Notes under the pieces: generated by a model | The model's input: the letters and a program-made list of their open reading frames with translations, nothing else | Databases searched by the model: none | Told to the model about the DNA's origin: nothing | Shown: positions 1-10,523 of the stretch, in pieces | Layout: each line of letters starts with the position of its first letter | How positions within the stretch are numbered: position 1 is the first letter of the stretch | From: a virus | Lineage: Duplodnaviria > Caudoviricetes | Strand: one strand, 5' to 3' | Virus record (IMG/VR): IMGVR_UViG_3300048502_000077 | Span: 2,665 to 66,664 of that record | Length of the DNA stretch: 64,000 nucleotides | Position numbers and translations under genes: made by a program

Positions 1-1
1 A

Positions 2-577
2 CGCATACCGCCGGCCATGCTCACGCAACTGCTCGACACGCCCGGCCAGATCGATGTCAATCAGGCGGTCAACTCCAACTCGATACCGCTGTGGCTGCAG
101 TTGCGCTCGTATAAGACACCGTTTCCTGACTTCTTTGCGAACTCGATACCGCTTTACCCGGCAGACCTGGTGTCACCCAATCTCGTGCCGCCATATGGTG
201 CGATCGACGTATTGAAGACGGAGTCCTTGCAGCCCATCGGCGTGCTGACCGCAGACCGCAGCGATATCCAGCTCGCCTCCGATCAAGTCGATATCACGCT
301 GTACGGCATGCAGAACAATGCGGCTCGAGACTTTCTCCGTTGTGTCATTCAGTACACGGAACTGACCGGAAATATGGGCCTCATGAATGGCCCGATCGTC
401 AGCGACGGACCGCGCCGCAAGAGCGAGGAATTGCAGGCGATTGCGATGAAGAAGGTTATTTCATTCACAATTTCGTACTACCAGTTGCGCGTGGCTCAAG
501 TGGCGCGCGGTCTCATCGAGCACGCGCAAATGCAGATTCGCGCAGGCACATTCACCGGCGAGATCAGCGCGCCTTAG
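2..577 (+). CDS. Tail terminator/neck protein of Bcep781-like myoviruses (5' partial)
   Basis: Frame is open to the window edge. The motif DITLYGMQN..A.DFL..V.QY...GNMGLMN.PIV.D...SEL..IAMKKVISF.ISYYQ.RV..VAR.LI matches my recollection of this family. Confidence 0.6.
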   Translation, partial: RIPPAMLTQLLDTPGQIDVNQAVNSNSIPLWLQLRSYKTPFPDFFANSIPLYPADLVSPNLVPPYGAIDVLKTESLQPIGVLTADRSDIQLASDQVDITLYGMQNNAARDFLRCVIQYTELTGNMGLMNGPIVSDGPRRKSEELQAIAMKKVISFTISYYQLRVAQVARGLIEHAQMQIRAGTFTGEISAP

Positions 578-685
578 ATATGTCATTCAATCAATGATGT
601 CATTCAAGTTGGTCGCGTCTTAGCTCACAAATTGCTAAAGTCCACGCGTGTCTCGCGCCCATCACCGCACCATAGGATCGTCCAT

Positions 686-1252
686 ATGAGTCAGAACATC
701 GGCACCATCAATACCGCACCCGGCGGCACGCAGAATGATTTTGATATCACTGCCGCCGCAGTCGTCAAGGCCGCACCGGGTACGATCATGCGTGTCAATA
801 CGCTCGTGGTTGGCACCGGCGGTAATTTGGTGGTCAACGACACGAATTCGTTGGTGACGGCGCAGACCATCACCGGCATCAGCGTTGCAGCCCAAGCGGT
901 CATTACGCTCTCGACCGGAGGCAGCGCCAACCCCTTCGCCGTCGGCGAATCGGTGATCGTCACGAGTGCGACCGGCATGACGCAGATCAATGGATTGGTC
1001 GGCACCGTAACTGCCGTTGGTGGTGCCTCCGGCGCTTGGACGGTCACCACGAACATCAACTCGACCGCATTCACCGCGTGGGCATCGGGCGGCACTGCGG
1101 CCTCGTACGCGGTTCAGAACGAGGTCGCATCCATCCCTTACGGCGATTTGGCGGCCACAGCTCCATACGAACTGTCGTTCCCGTGCCGTGCCGGCATTAC
1201 GATCTCGGCTGTGCCAACCGGCGGATGGGTCGGCTCGGTGTCCTTCATCTGA
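686..1252 (+). CDS. Virion structural protein, small beta domain with an inserted FCCH-like (E1 FCCH-type) domain
   Basis: ATG at 686 after AGGA. The internal segment AVITL...NPFAVGESVIVTSATGMTQING..GTVT.....WTVTTNINSTAFTAWASGG is FCCH-like. The flanks are paralogous to the next ORF. Confidence 0.55.
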   Translation: MSQNIGTINTAPGGTQNDFDITAAAVVKAAPGTIMRVNTLVVGTGGNLVVNDTNSLVTAQTITGISVAAQAVITLSTGGSANPFAVGESVIVTSATGMTQINGLVGTVTAVGGASGAWTVTTNINSTAFTAWASGGTAASYAVQNEVASIPYGDLAATAPYELSFPCRAGITISAVPTGGWVGSVSFI

Positions 1253-1253
1253 C

Positions 1254-1574
1254 ATGGCCGCCACCATCGCCACAGCCGCAGGAGTATCGCCGGGACTGCC
1301 GGGCGGACAAAGTTCGGCGCTCAATCTGACGGCCGCACAAGTCATCAAGCCTGCGCCTGGCGTGCTGGTCACGATCGTTTGCGTGACGCCTGGCACCGGC
1401 AGTCTGACGTTCAATGACGTGTTGACGGTGGGCGCGGCTGCGGCGGCGAATGAGATCATCACGCTGGCGGCTCCGGCTGCTGGCGCGGTCATTGCACTGA
1501 ACTGGCCCTGTGCGGTGGGCATTGTGGCAAGTTCGGTCCCGACCGGCGGACAGTATTCAGTGGCGTTCTCCTGA
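1254..1574 (+). CDS. Small virion structural protein, paralog of 686-1252 without the insert
   Basis: Shares (N/D)(L/I)TAA.V(I/V)K.APG...(T/N)D...A.NE(I/V)....(W/F)PC..GI..S.VPTGG..SV.F with 686-1252. Translationally coupled. Confidence 0.6.
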   Translation: MAATIATAAGVSPGLPGGQSSALNLTAAQVIKPAPGVLVTIVCVTPGTGSLTFNDVLTVGAAAAANEIITLAAPAAGAVIALNWPCAVGIVASSVPTGGQYSVAFS

Positions 1575-2041
1575 TGGGCCAATCAGCATTTCCGTGGAAC
1601 AGAGGATCCGCCGCGCCAAGCAGCGTTCCTAGCACACTGAGCAATCAACGTCAGTGGGTATTGGTCGGCAATGGAATTCTGTTCTCGGCCTTCTCTGCCG
1701 CCGCGCTCACTGACTCAATCGTCATCTTCACGCTGCCCGCCTCGGCCATCATCAGCGGCGTCAAGATCGAACATACGACGGCTTTTTCGGGGCCAGCCAT
1801 CACGGGCGCGACGATTTCGGTCGGCAACGCCAGCAACGCCGTTGAGTATGCCGGCGCCTTCAACGTGTTTCAGGCAGTAGGTCCGTATCAGCTCAACGTG
1901 TTTCAGGCAGCGAGCCTGGGCGGCGAATCTCTGTCTGCCGGCACCTCGATTTACGCCACGCTGACCGTCGTCGGCGCAGATACCAACGTGCTCACTGCGG
2001 GTGTCGTCGATATCTGGGCTGAACTGTCGATCGCGAGGTAA
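1574..2041 (+). CDS. Beta-sandwich structural/decoration protein
   Basis: TGATG coupling. Paralogous to the C-terminal half of 2650-3471 (FTL.A..II..(V/I)KI.H...F.G..I...T.SVG.......YAGAF.VFQA...AG.VD.WA.LS). Confidence 0.55.
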   Translation: MGQSAFPWNRGSAAPSSVPSTLSNQRQWVLVGNGILFSAFSAAALTDSIVIFTLPASAIISGVKIEHTTAFSGPAITGATISVGNASNAVEYAGAFNVFQAVGPYQLNVFQAASLGGESLSAGTSIYATLTVVGADTNVLTAGVVDIWAELSIAR

Positions 2042-2048
2042 GCGCACG

Positions 2049-2276
2049 ATGTCAGCCGCGAGGATCTTGCTGGCTGCAATGACCGCATTGCTATGCGGAC
2101 TGGCATCAGCGCAGACACCGGAAACGCGCACAGGTGCCGTTGTCGTCGGCCGGCCGACCGGTGACAATAAGGGTGCCGGCAGCATCAATGCGCAGAGCAT
2201 TTACATCAATGGCGCGGCGGTTGATCCCGTGTATTGCAACTACAATGGTACGTCCTACGGCTGGGTGTATCACTGA
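2049..2276 (+). CDS. Small signal-peptide protein carrying a fibre-type motif (G.PTGDNKG.GSINA)
   Basis: MSAARILLAAMTALLCGLASA/QTPETR. The mature part nearly duplicates the N-terminus of the 25973-28447 tailspike. Confidence 0.6.
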   Translation: MSAARILLAAMTALLCGLASAQTPETRTGAVVVGRPTGDNKGAGSINAQSIYINGAAVDPVYCNYNGTSYGWVYH

Positions 2277-2653
2277 TGACACCGCTAAGCCTCTCCAAAT
2301 ACGTCGGCGAAACTCTCTTCCTGCCATCGGGCGGCTGGGACTTCTCCAGTTACCTGAATCCTGGCGAGGTCATCACGGGCCTGCCGGTCATCACGGTCAT
2401 GACGTATTCCGGAGCAGACGCATCTCCACAGGCAATTTTGAGCGGCGCCCCGCAGGTATTTGGCATGACGGTGCGGCAACTAGTCACCGCTGGCATTGCA
2501 GGCGTTACCTACGCCATAACGTGCAAGGTGGTGACCAATCTCGGACAGACGCTTGAGATCGTTGGGCTACTGGCGGTGACCTCCGAGACTTCTCCAACTG
2601 CCGACTCGTCAGGCGTGACGGCCGACAATGGCCAAGTGACGGCGGACTCATGA
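2276..2653 (+). CDS. Fibre-tail adaptor-like protein with a C-terminal TAD-repeat peptide
   Basis: K..GE.....WDFSSYL.PGE.IT......V..L.T.GIAG.TY.ITC.V.TN.GQTL pattern. Ends in [18 protein letters not shown]. Confidence 0.55.
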   Translation: MTPLSLSKYVGETLFLPSGGWDFSSYLNPGEVITGLPVITVMTYSGADASPQAILSGAPQVFGMTVRQLVTAGIAGVTYAITCKVVTNLGQTLEIVGLLAVTSETSPTADSSGVTADNGQVTADS

Positions 2654-3471
2654 GAACCATCCTCGCACTATTGTTCATGCTCGCGACGAGTGCTGCGTTC
2701 GCTCAGCAGCAGGGCATTGATTGTTCACCGGCCGTGCTCTGTACGACCGGTGGTCCTGAGGACACGCACACGGGAGATCCATTATTTCTCGCGTACGGAA
2801 AAATCAACGCCAATGAGAGTCAGCTCTACTCGATGTTCGGCCCGAACTCCAATCTGAAGTTCAGTGGTACGGCATCATCGACCGACATCGCCAATTTGTT
2901 CACCAGCGGATCGCGCGATACGCTGCACTGCCTAGGCGCGACCGGCGTACTGATTGCCTGCGGTGGATCTATTGCGTCCATCATGGGCACAAATGGTCTA
3001 TCTGGCACAGGCATGTCTGGCGATGTCACAGTGCAGCTCGCAACAAGTCCATCGCCTACTCTATTTTCAAACCTGCCGATTGAGCCGGTATGGCAGCACG
3101 TCGGCGTCGCAATATCAGACACTGCCTTCGCTACGGCTGGCACGACCAACTCAATAGCCTTGTTCACGCTTGCGGCGGGCGTCATCATCCACGCCATCAA
3201 GATCAAGCATTCCGCATCCTTCGCGGGCGGCTCCATCTCAGCGTACACGCTGTCCGTAGGTGTCTCCGGATGGCTGACGAAATACGCTGGTGCATTCGAT
3301 GTGTTTCAGGCACCGGGCGGTACGGCTTTTCAGATGACGCAAGATTTCGATGAAGAAAACAACTCCGGCACGACCTCAGTTGTAATCACGGCCACATCCA
3401 CTGGCGCGAACCTCAATGCGGCGACAGCCGGCAGCGTTGATGTTTGGGCGCTACTCAGTTCGTCTTTGTGA
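2650..3471 (+). CDS. Signal-peptide fibre/adaptor protein with a T4 gp9/gp10-like N-terminal motif
   Basis: [22 protein letters not shown], then [24 protein letters not shown] (compare T4 gp9 TGDILFDGGNKINSDFNAIYNAFG, recalled from memory). Confidence 0.6.
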   Translation: MRTILALLFMLATSAAFAQQQGIDCSPAVLCTTGGPEDTHTGDPLFLAYGKINANESQLYSMFGPNSNLKFSGTASSTDIANLFTSGSRDTLHCLGATGVLIACGGSIASIMGTNGLSGTGMSGDVTVQLATSPSPTLFSNLPIEPVWQHVGVAISDTAFATAGTTNSIALFTLAAGVIIHAIKIKHSASFAGGSISAYTLSVGVSGWLTKYAGAFDVFQAPGGTAFQMTQDFDEENNSGTTSVVITATSTGANLNAATAGSVDVWALLSSSL

Positions 3472-3479
3472 GGCTCGAC

Positions 3480-4928
3480 ATGTTCAAGAAACTCTCTAGT
3501 GTCCTATGCCTGCTCGTGCTGGCCGCCATCGCGCGCCCCGCGCATTCGCAGCAACAGGGCATCGACTGTCAGCCCTCAGTGCTGTGCACGACATCGGGAC
3601 CGGAGGACACTCATACCGGAGATCCGCTGTTCTTGGCCTACGGCAAGATCAACGACAATGAGGCGCAACTGTACGGCATGTTTGGCAGCGGCTCGACATT
3701 GCAGACGACCGGCCACGCATCCGCCACCGATATCGTCGGGCTCTTCACCGGCACGGCGGACTCCGCGCACTGTCTGGGCGGCAATGGCGCGCTCCTGATC
3801 TGTGCGGGCGGTGCAACGCCTGGCGGTTCGTCCGGGCAGACCCAGTGGAATAATTCCGGCGCGCTGGCCGGCTATACAATGTCCGGTGACTGCACGATTA
3901 CGACCTCGACCGGCATCATCATCTGCACCAAGACGAACGGAGCCGCGTTCGCAGCATCAGCGACGACTGACACGTCAAATGCGAACAACATCACTAGCGG
4001 CACGCTGGGCGCGGGACGCCTGCCGGCCATTGCGCTCGGATCCTCTGGCGCTGGCGGCGTCACCGGCAATCTGCCCGTCACGAATCTGGACTCCGGTACG
4101 AACGCATCATCGACCACTTTCTGGCGCGGTGATGGCGTGTGGGGTACGCCGTCAGGCGGCGGCAACGTGTCCGGCAGCGGCACGAGCGGGCAGATTGCCC
4201 AGTGGAGCGGCACCAATAGCGTCACCGGGCTGGGCGCCAGCGGCACCGGCAATGTGGTGCTCCAGATTGGCGCCAGTCTCACCAGCCCCAGCCTCGGCGC
4301 CGCAACCGCCGTCACAATCAACGGCGATACTCTCACGACGGGCAGTTACACGCTGACAGGCAGCGCCGGCAAGACGCTGAACTTCACGAACTCGCTGACT
4401 TTGTCAGGCACGGACGGAACGACGGTCACATTCCCGTCTACTGGCGGCAATGCCGTGGTGCAGGGCGGCGCACTCGGGACGCCATCAAGCGGTGTCGCCA
4501 CGAATCTGACCGGCACGGCAGCCGGCATGAGCATCGGCGGCAATGCTGGCACTGCGACCGGTCCGCAGGGCACACCGTCAACCTGTTCTTCAGGTCCGGC
4601 GATTGGCGTCGGTTCCGGATTCAATGCGGTGTGCACAACGCCGTCCGCCATCCTTCAAACCACCGTCACGCTCGGCAACGCCACAATCCCAGCCTTTAGC
4701 TGCTACGGATACGGCGGCACGACCGGTGGCATTACCGTTATTTCTTTGGCAGGCGTCACAACCTCGTATGGCGTCCAAGCTACACCGTCCGTCACTGACG
4801 CTGGCGCGCAGTTCTTCGTGAAGATTTGGCCGAACTCCAACAACACGATCTTCGCGTGTCTGTACAACGCCAGCGCGACAACTGCGACAGCGCCGAGCAC
4901 TGTCTACAACGTCATCGCGACGCCGTAA
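3480..4928 (+). CDS. Signal-peptide, G/S/T-rich fibre-like protein with a gp9/gp10-like motif
   Basis: [27 protein letters not shown]. The first ~90 mature residues are paralogous to 2650-3471. Fibre-type segments include [20 protein letters not shown] and [16 protein letters not shown]. Confidence 0.65.
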   Translation: MFKKLSSVLCLLVLAAIARPAHSQQQGIDCQPSVLCTTSGPEDTHTGDPLFLAYGKINDNEAQLYGMFGSGSTLQTTGHASATDIVGLFTGTADSAHCLGGNGALLICAGGATPGGSSGQTQWNNSGALAGYTMSGDCTITTSTGIIICTKTNGAAFAASATTDTSNANNITSGTLGAGRLPAIALGSSGAGGVTGNLPVTNLDSGTNASSTTFWRGDGVWGTPSGGGNVSGSGTSGQIAQWSGTNSVTGLGASGTGNVVLQIGASLTSPSLGAATAVTINGDTLTTGSYTLTGSAGKTLNFTNSLTLSGTDGTTVTFPSTGGNAVVQGGALGTPSSGVATNLTGTAAGMSIGGNAGTATGPQGTPSTCSSGPAIGVGSGFNAVCTTPSAILQTTVTLGNATIPAFSCYGYGGTTGGITVISLAGVTTSYGVQATPSVTDAGAQFFVKIWPNSNNTIFACLYNASATTATAPSTVYNVIATP

Positions 4929-4930
4929 TC

Positions 4931-7588
4931 ATGCTTAAGAAATTGCTTCTCTCGTTGACGCTGTGTCTTGCGGCCGGGACCGCTGGTGCTCAGCAGACCA
5001 GCCAGAATCTGACGATTGGCGGTGAGCCGGTCACATTCGGCACATCCTTGGTCGTGTTGATATCGCCCAACGGGGTGACGCAGCCGCCGACCTTCTCGCC
5101 GTCTCCTGGCACATATTCGAGCGCTCAAACCGTCGCGCTAGCAAGCACTACCTCTGGCGCAGTGATCTATTACACGACGGATGGCAGTACGCCCAGCACT
5201 AGCAGCGCAGTATATTCAACGCCGCTGACCGTGAGTTTCACGCAGACCATCAACGCGATTGCACAGGCCTCAGGCGACACGCAAAGCACGGTCTCAAGCG
5301 GCGTCTATACGATCACGGCCGGAGCTGCAGCGACCCCGACATTCTCTCCTTCTGCCGGCACGTACATGGGCACGCAGACCGTATCGCTTGCGGCCGCGAC
5401 CTCTGGTAGCACGATCTACTACACGACCGATGGCTCGACGCCGACGACCTCAAGTGCCGTGTATTCGTCTGCGCTCACGATCTCATCGACCACGACGGTT
5501 AAAGCTATTGCCGCCGCAGTCGGCTACAGCAACAGCGCCACGGGCTCCGCTACGTACACCATCGTTTCCGCACAGGCCGCAACGCCAACCTTTTCGCCAG
5601 GATCAGGCACGTACGGCAGCGCACAGTCTGTGACGATGGCATGCGCTACCGGCAGCAGCACCATCTACTACACGACGAACGGCACGACACCTACCACCTC
5701 CAGTAGCGTCTACAGTTCAGCAATCTCAGTCGCCACGACGACGACCGTTCAGGCGCTGTGCACGGCATCTGGCTACACAAATAGCAATATCGGCTCAGCC
5801 GCATACACAATTGGCGGCACTGGTGAGACGCCCGTGTTCTCCTGCCTCTCTTCTGGATTCGCATCGTCCGGTTCGTGCTCTGGCGTGTTCGGGTATTCCG
5901 GTCAGCATCAGATTCAAGGTACTGCGCTTTATCTCGCCTACACGACTTCTGGCCATGCTGCGTCGAACTGGTGGTCCCCTTCGCAGGCAAATATATCGTC
6001 GGGCTTCGACGCCACATTCACGTTCTACCAAAACGGCAATATGACGGGCGCTGGTGGCACCTTTGGTGCCGTGGCATCTCCGTCGAATCCAGCCATCGCC
6101 GCAATGTCGTTTATTTTCCAAAACAACAATGCCTCCTCGATCCCGAACTCGTGTACGGCAACCGGGTTTAACATCTACGGTCAAAATTCTAGCGCGGATG
6201 CGAATATGGCCGCCTTTGGCGCCTACGGTTCTGGTGGAGACGGCAGCTCTGGGCAGTGCCCAATCGGTAATGCAATCGGCATCAAGTTTGACTGGGGCGG
6301 TGTCAACGGTTCCTCGACGGTGCGCACATACCCCACTAGTTCCTCCGCGATGGCGCAAACCGGGCTCTACTACAATTGGGGCCCTTGGGACGCCCTGGTC
6401 CCAACGCAGGACATGGCCGGATCCTACGGACTGAACCTCTATTCTCAGGATCTGTTCAAGGTGCACGTTTGGTACGACAACTCGGCCGGGTTGTTGACCA
6501 TGACGTTGTTGGACACGACCACAAATCAGCAATATCGCGCCTCGTGGCCGATCAACATCACGACGGTTATTGGGAGCAATTCGGGGTGGTTCGGGTTTGG
6601 CGTCGGGGCTGGCCCGAGTGTCATCCCCAATATCTTGATTACCGGTATTAATTTCAGCACCGGGCTTTACACGAGACTTGCGACGCCGACGCTCTCACTT
6701 GCATCAGGAGCGTATAGCGGCACGCAAACGGAAACTATCACTGGTCCGTCAGGATCAACGTGCTACTACACGACTAACGGATTGCAACCCACTACAAGCT
6801 CGACGACGTACTCCGGTTCGTTCTCGGTTTCCAGTTCAGAAGTGGTGCAAGCGGTGTGCGTCGAAGGAGGCTATACGGATAGCTACGTCGCGCAGGGTAA
6901 CTACCTGATCCAGTCCTCGGGCGCCTACCCGATCAATATCGCCACCTTCACCGCGAACAACATGCAGTACAACGGCTCGGCGGTGGTGACGGGCGGCTAT
7001 GCGAAACTGACAGACACGGGGAGCGCCGGCAACCAATCAGGCACCGTGTTCTATCCTTACCCGGTAGCGACTGGCACATTCACCGCGCATTTCACAATTA
7101 AGAATGTTCCAGGCGGGGGCGCCAACGGCGGCTATGCTGACTGCTCATCCTTCATCCTTGAAGGATCTCCCTCTCCAACACGCGTAAACAACGGGTACGT
7201 GTCGGCGGGGCCGAATATGGTTGGGTATGGGTCCCAAGGCTGCGGCGCCCTTGGCGACGGCACGCCTTACCCGATCACTCCGGCGGTCGTCGTCAATTTC
7301 GACGAGTACACCGGCCAGATTGGTGTGTATCAGAACGGTTCAGGCTCGGCGGTTTCCGTCACCGGGATTTCACTGACCAACACGACACCCGTCGCGTACA
7401 CGCTGGTCAGTAACGGTTCGACAATCGCGCTCAGCGCAACGCAATCCGGTGTTGGGTCGTTCTCGCACACCTACACCGTCAACGTACCCTCGGTGGTGAG
7501 TTCGTCGGCCTATGTCGGGTTCGGCGCCGGCAACGGAGGCGGTCAAGCCGAACACGACGTGACCGAGTTCGACTACACGAGCCCGTAA
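4931..7588 (+). CDS. Secreted-type adhesin: chitobiase/beta-hexosaminidase C-terminal (Fn3-associated) repeats plus two legume-lectin-like domains
   Basis: Signal peptide MLKKLLLSLTLCLAAGTAGA/QQ. Four repeats of PTFSP..GTY...QTV.L......IYYTTDG.TP..SS.VY...L. Lectin-like segments such as MQYNGSAVVTGGYAKLTD...NQSG.VFY..PV....F..HF and SAYVGFGAGNGG. Confidence 0.75.
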   Translation: MLKKLLLSLTLCLAAGTAGAQQTSQNLTIGGEPVTFGTSLVVLISPNGVTQPPTFSPSPGTYSSAQTVALASTTSGAVIYYTTDGSTPSTSSAVYSTPLTVSFTQTINAIAQASGDTQSTVSSGVYTITAGAAATPTFSPSAGTYMGTQTVSLAAATSGSTIYYTTDGSTPTTSSAVYSSALTISSTTTVKAIAAAVGYSNSATGSATYTIVSAQAATPTFSPGSGTYGSAQSVTMACATGSSTIYYTTNGTTPTTSSSVYSSAISVATTTTVQALCTASGYTNSNIGSAAYTIGGTGETPVFSCLSSGFASSGSCSGVFGYSGQHQIQGTALYLAYTTSGHAASNWWSPSQANISSGFDATFTFYQNGNMTGAGGTFGAVASPSNPAIAAMSFIFQNNNASSIPNSCTATGFNIYGQNSSADANMAAFGAYGSGGDGSSGQCPIGNAIGIKFDWGGVNGSSTVRTYPTSSSAMAQTGLYYNWGPWDALVPTQDMAGSYGLNLYSQDLFKVHVWYDNSAGLLTMTLLDTTTNQQYRASWPINITTVIGSNSGWFGFGVGAGPSVIPNILITGINFSTGLYTRLATPTLSLASGAYSGTQTETITGPSGSTCYYTTNGLQPTTSSTTYSGSFSVSSSEVVQAVCVEGGYTDSYVAQGNYLIQSSGAYPINIATFTANNMQYNGSAVVTGGYAKLTDTGSAGNQSGTVFYPYPVATGTFTAHFTIKNVPGGGANGGYADCSSFILEGSPSPTRVNNGYVSAGPNMVGYGSQGCGALGDGTPYPITPAVVVNFDEYTGQIGVYQNGSGSAVSVTGISLTNTTPVAYTLVSNGSTIALSATQSGVGSFSHTYTVNVPSVVSSSAYVGFGAGNGGGQAEHDVTEFDYTSP

Positions 7589-7597
7589 AGGATCCCC

Positions 7598-7759
7598 ATG
7601 CCTGGTAGCGCAGTAGCACTTCAGCTCTTTGGCGGTTCGACGCTCGACAGGCCATTACAGCGTGGACGACTGCGACCTGGCGCGATCCATGGGATGCGCT
7701 TCAAGGCCGTAAACGACGATGAATTCCATCGTCTGCTGACCGGCACGAGCATGTATTGA
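7598..7759 (+). CDS. Small hypothetical protein (53 aa)
   Basis: AAGGA RBS, ATG at 7598, MPGSAVALQLFGG...TGTSMY*. Below the ORF-track length cut-off. Confidence 0.4.
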   Translation: MPGSAVALQLFGGSTLDRPLQRGRLRPGAIHGMRFKAVNDDEFHRLLTGTSMY

Positions 7760-7830
7760 TGGCTCGCAAATCACTTCTCGTTATGCCAATTCGCGCATGT
7801 ACACTACGGTTTCACAAGGTGCCCTGAGCC

Positions 7831-9285
7831 ATGCCTACATCAGATAGCAGCACAATCACTGCCGACACCAGTCTGGTCACGGCCGACGCCGGGTCGGGCG
7901 GTGGACTGCCTTATATCGTCCAGTTGAACGTGTCGGAGACGCTGGCGCCGACGCCGAGTCGTCTACAGCAAACGGGCGCGATCCCCTCGCAGGGCGCCAC
8001 CACGGTGACGCCGGGCGGCACGGCACTTATCACTCAGGTCGCCGACCTATCGTCGATCCTCGCAGCTCCGCTGGCCCTGACCTCCCTGGCTTGGAGCGGC
8101 GGCACAGTGGTCGCGACCACCTCTGCGGCCATCCCCGGCCGCACCACGGGCGACAAGTTCTCGACCACCATCGCCGGGGCGACGCCGTCAGGCTACAACG
8201 GCCTCGTCACGGCAACCGTCACGGGTGCCAATACGTTTACTTACGCGGTGGCCAACAATCCGGGCACCGAGTCCGTCGCTGGCACCTATACGCCGCCCGG
8301 TCAGGGCGAACTCGTCGCGCAGATCACAACCTTTTTCAGCCAGGGCAGCTCGCAGGCTGTCTACGTGCTCGAGTTGGGCGCGGGAGACGCCATTGGCGGC
8401 CCCGCGGGCCTTCAGTCGTGGATTCAGAGCAACCCCGGAGTGTTCTACTCCTACCTCACTCCGAAGGGCTGGGACGCTTCTGCGGGCCTTCTGGCGCTCA
8501 TCGCGACCCTGGAAGCTCTGACCGCCAAGACCTACCTTTTCGTCACCACCACAACCGCCACGTACTCCACTTACACGACCGTGATGAAGTGCGTGCTGAC
8601 GATGATCCAGGCGCCCGGCACGCCGATCACCGAATTCAGCTGGGCGGCAGGCTTCCAACGTTCGCTGACGTACAACCCGTCCAGTGCGAACATGATGACG
8701 CAGTTCTGTTTCTCGTTCCTGTTCGGGGTCACGCCCTGGACGGCGGCGGGCAACTCGGCGCTGCTCGCAACGCTCAAGGCCGCGAACGTCAACTATGTGG
8801 GCACCGGCGCCGAGGGCGGCATCAGCAACCTCGTGCTGTTCTGGGGCCGCACCATGGACGGCCAGGACTTCTCCTGGTGGTACGCCGCAGACTGGTATCA
8901 GATCCAGTCGCAGCAGGCGTTGGCCAACACCGTCATCAATGGCAGCAACAATTCGATCAACCCGCTTTGGTACAACCAGCAGGGCATCAATCGGCTGCAG
9001 GATTCGGTGGTTAATGTCGCGCAGAATGGCGTCACGTACGGGCTGCTCAATGGCAGCGTTGCGCGTGCGGCGCTTGATGGTCCTGCGTTTGCGACCGCCA
9101 TCGATAACGGCGTGTACGACGACGTGAACGTGATCAACGCAATTCCGTTTACGCTGTATACGCAGGAGAATCCGAGCGCGTATGCGCAACGCACTTATGG
9201 TGGGCTCTCGGCACAAATAATTCCCAACAATGGGTTTAATTTAGTAATTTTCAACGTGAACGTGACCAATCTTCTCGTGAACTGA
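7831..9285 (+). CDS. Tail sheath protein (DUF3383-like, Bcep781 type) with an N-terminal TAD peptide and an FCCH-like insertion
   Basis: IVQLNVS.T.APTPS.LQQTGAI.SQG.T; FFSQG....VYVLELG; NV.YVGTGAEGGISN...FWG.TMDG.DFSWWY..DW.QI; NPLWYNQ.GINRLQ. Confidence 0.85.
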   Translation: MPTSDSSTITADTSLVTADAGSGGGLPYIVQLNVSETLAPTPSRLQQTGAIPSQGATTVTPGGTALITQVADLSSILAAPLALTSLAWSGGTVVATTSAAIPGRTTGDKFSTTIAGATPSGYNGLVTATVTGANTFTYAVANNPGTESVAGTYTPPGQGELVAQITTFFSQGSSQAVYVLELGAGDAIGGPAGLQSWIQSNPGVFYSYLTPKGWDASAGLLALIATLEALTAKTYLFVTTTTATYSTYTTVMKCVLTMIQAPGTPITEFSWAAGFQRSLTYNPSSANMMTQFCFSFLFGVTPWTAAGNSALLATLKAANVNYVGTGAEGGISNLVLFWGRTMDGQDFSWWYAADWYQIQSQQALANTVINGSNNSINPLWYNQQGINRLQDSVVNVAQNGVTYGLLNGSVARAALDGPAFATAIDNGVYDDVNVINAIPFTLYTQENPSAYAQRTYGGLSAQIIPNNGFNLVIFNVNVTNLLVN

Positions 9286-10025
9286 TGAATGTCCAAGAGA
9301 ACAAGTTTTACGTCTATGTTGTACGCCGCGCTGGCGGCATTCCTTGCTATGTCGGTAAAGGATCAAGAAATCGTCTGAATGATCATTTCAGCAAAACCCA
9401 GTGTCACAATCGGCACCTTTCAAGAATCATAAATCTCGAAAAAGATCAGATAACCGTCGAGAAAATCGCCCAGACGTTGACAGAAAGCGAGGCTTTCGAA
9501 CTTGAGCAATTTCTGATTCAAGAGATAGGGCGATATGATATTGGACGCGGCCCGCTGGCTAATAAGACGGATGGTGGCGAAGGCGAAAGCGGGCGAATCA
9601 GATCAGAAGAATCTCGTGAGAAAAATCGCATAGCCGCTCTTCGCCAATGGCAGGATCCTGAAACCCGTGCGAGGACATTGGCGGCCATTACTGATCCGGA
9701 AATTCTGGCGCGTCGCGGAGCAACGGCAAGCGAGACGAACAAGAGGCCAGAAGTTAAAGAAAAGCGGTCTTCGTGGCAGCGCGGACGCAAAATGTCCGCA
9801 AAATCACGCGAAGCGATGAGCATTGCGGCCAAGGCGCGCAGCAATACTCCAGAAGCATTGGACCGCGCATCCTCAAGAATGTCGGCAATGTGGGAAAATC
9901 CAGAGTTCGCACAAGCGATAAGCGCAGCGTGCAAGGGTAAAAAATCGCCCGCAGAAACTCGCGCGAAACAAAGCGCAGCGCACAAAGCTCGATGGGCGAA
10001 ACTTAAAGGTATAGTCAAGGAATAG
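9285..10025 (+). mobile_element. Free-standing GIY-YIG (LEM-3-like) homing endonuclease with NUMOD3-like tail
   Basis: FYVYVVRRAGGIPCYVGKGSRNRL..H; EAFELEQFLIQEIGR; LANKTDGGEG; basic repeats such as KMSAKSREAMS and KSPAETRAKQS. Inserted between sheath and tube. Confidence 0.8.
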
Positions 10026-10027
10026 TC

Positions 10028-10465
10028 ATGGCCGGCAATCCCCTCCCCAATTTCGGCAGCCTGAACCGCGTCCTTCAGTCGGTCAATTGGACCAATTTTC
10101 AGGCTCTGAATGTCACGGCCGAATTCGTCGGCGAGGAAGGCATTCGGCTCGGGCTTGAGGGCGAGGCGACCGATCAGCTGCCCGTCAACGTCGGCACCGT
10201 TACGTCGCCCGCTGTGTATCAGCCGTGCACGCTGATGATCCCGCTCGTCAAGACACTGCCCATCGTCGCCGTCTACAAGACGCAGTACGAACTCGATGGG
10301 CGCTCGGTCCCTGCAGTCGCGCGGACGGACTCCACTGCACTGCCGCCGTACGACCTTTTCAACATGACGATGAGCGGCATTCATGAGATGTCATTCAACG
10401 GCAAGGACCCGAATTGGGTGGTGGTCTTGCGTGGATATTATCGTCGTAAATTCCGCATTGTTTGA
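10028..10465 (+). CDS. Tail tube protein
   Basis: NP.PNFG.LNRV..SV.......LNVTA.F.GEEGI.L..EG......LP...G.VTSP..YQ; FNG.DP.W.V.LRGYY. The last codons are probably shifted by a 1-nt insertion (the other frame gives VVNSALFD*). Confidence 0.75.
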   Translation: MAGNPLPNFGSLNRVLQSVNWTNFQALNVTAEFVGEEGIRLGLEGEATDQLPVNVGTVTSPAVYQPCTLMIPLVKTLPIVAVYKTQYELDGRSVPAVARTDSTALPPYDLFNMTMSGIHEMSFNGKDPNWVVVLRGYYRRKFRIV

Positions 10466-10523
10466 TTGATTTATAGCGAGTACGCCTGACGCTGTGTCGC
10501 GCGGCTCGCGGTGGGAGCGAGCC

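Noticed and set aside
662-9216. Long antisense ORFs (e.g. 662-1582, 8188-9216; also 9518-10384)
   Set aside because: These are shadow frames of GC-rich coding genes, with no motifs or RBS.
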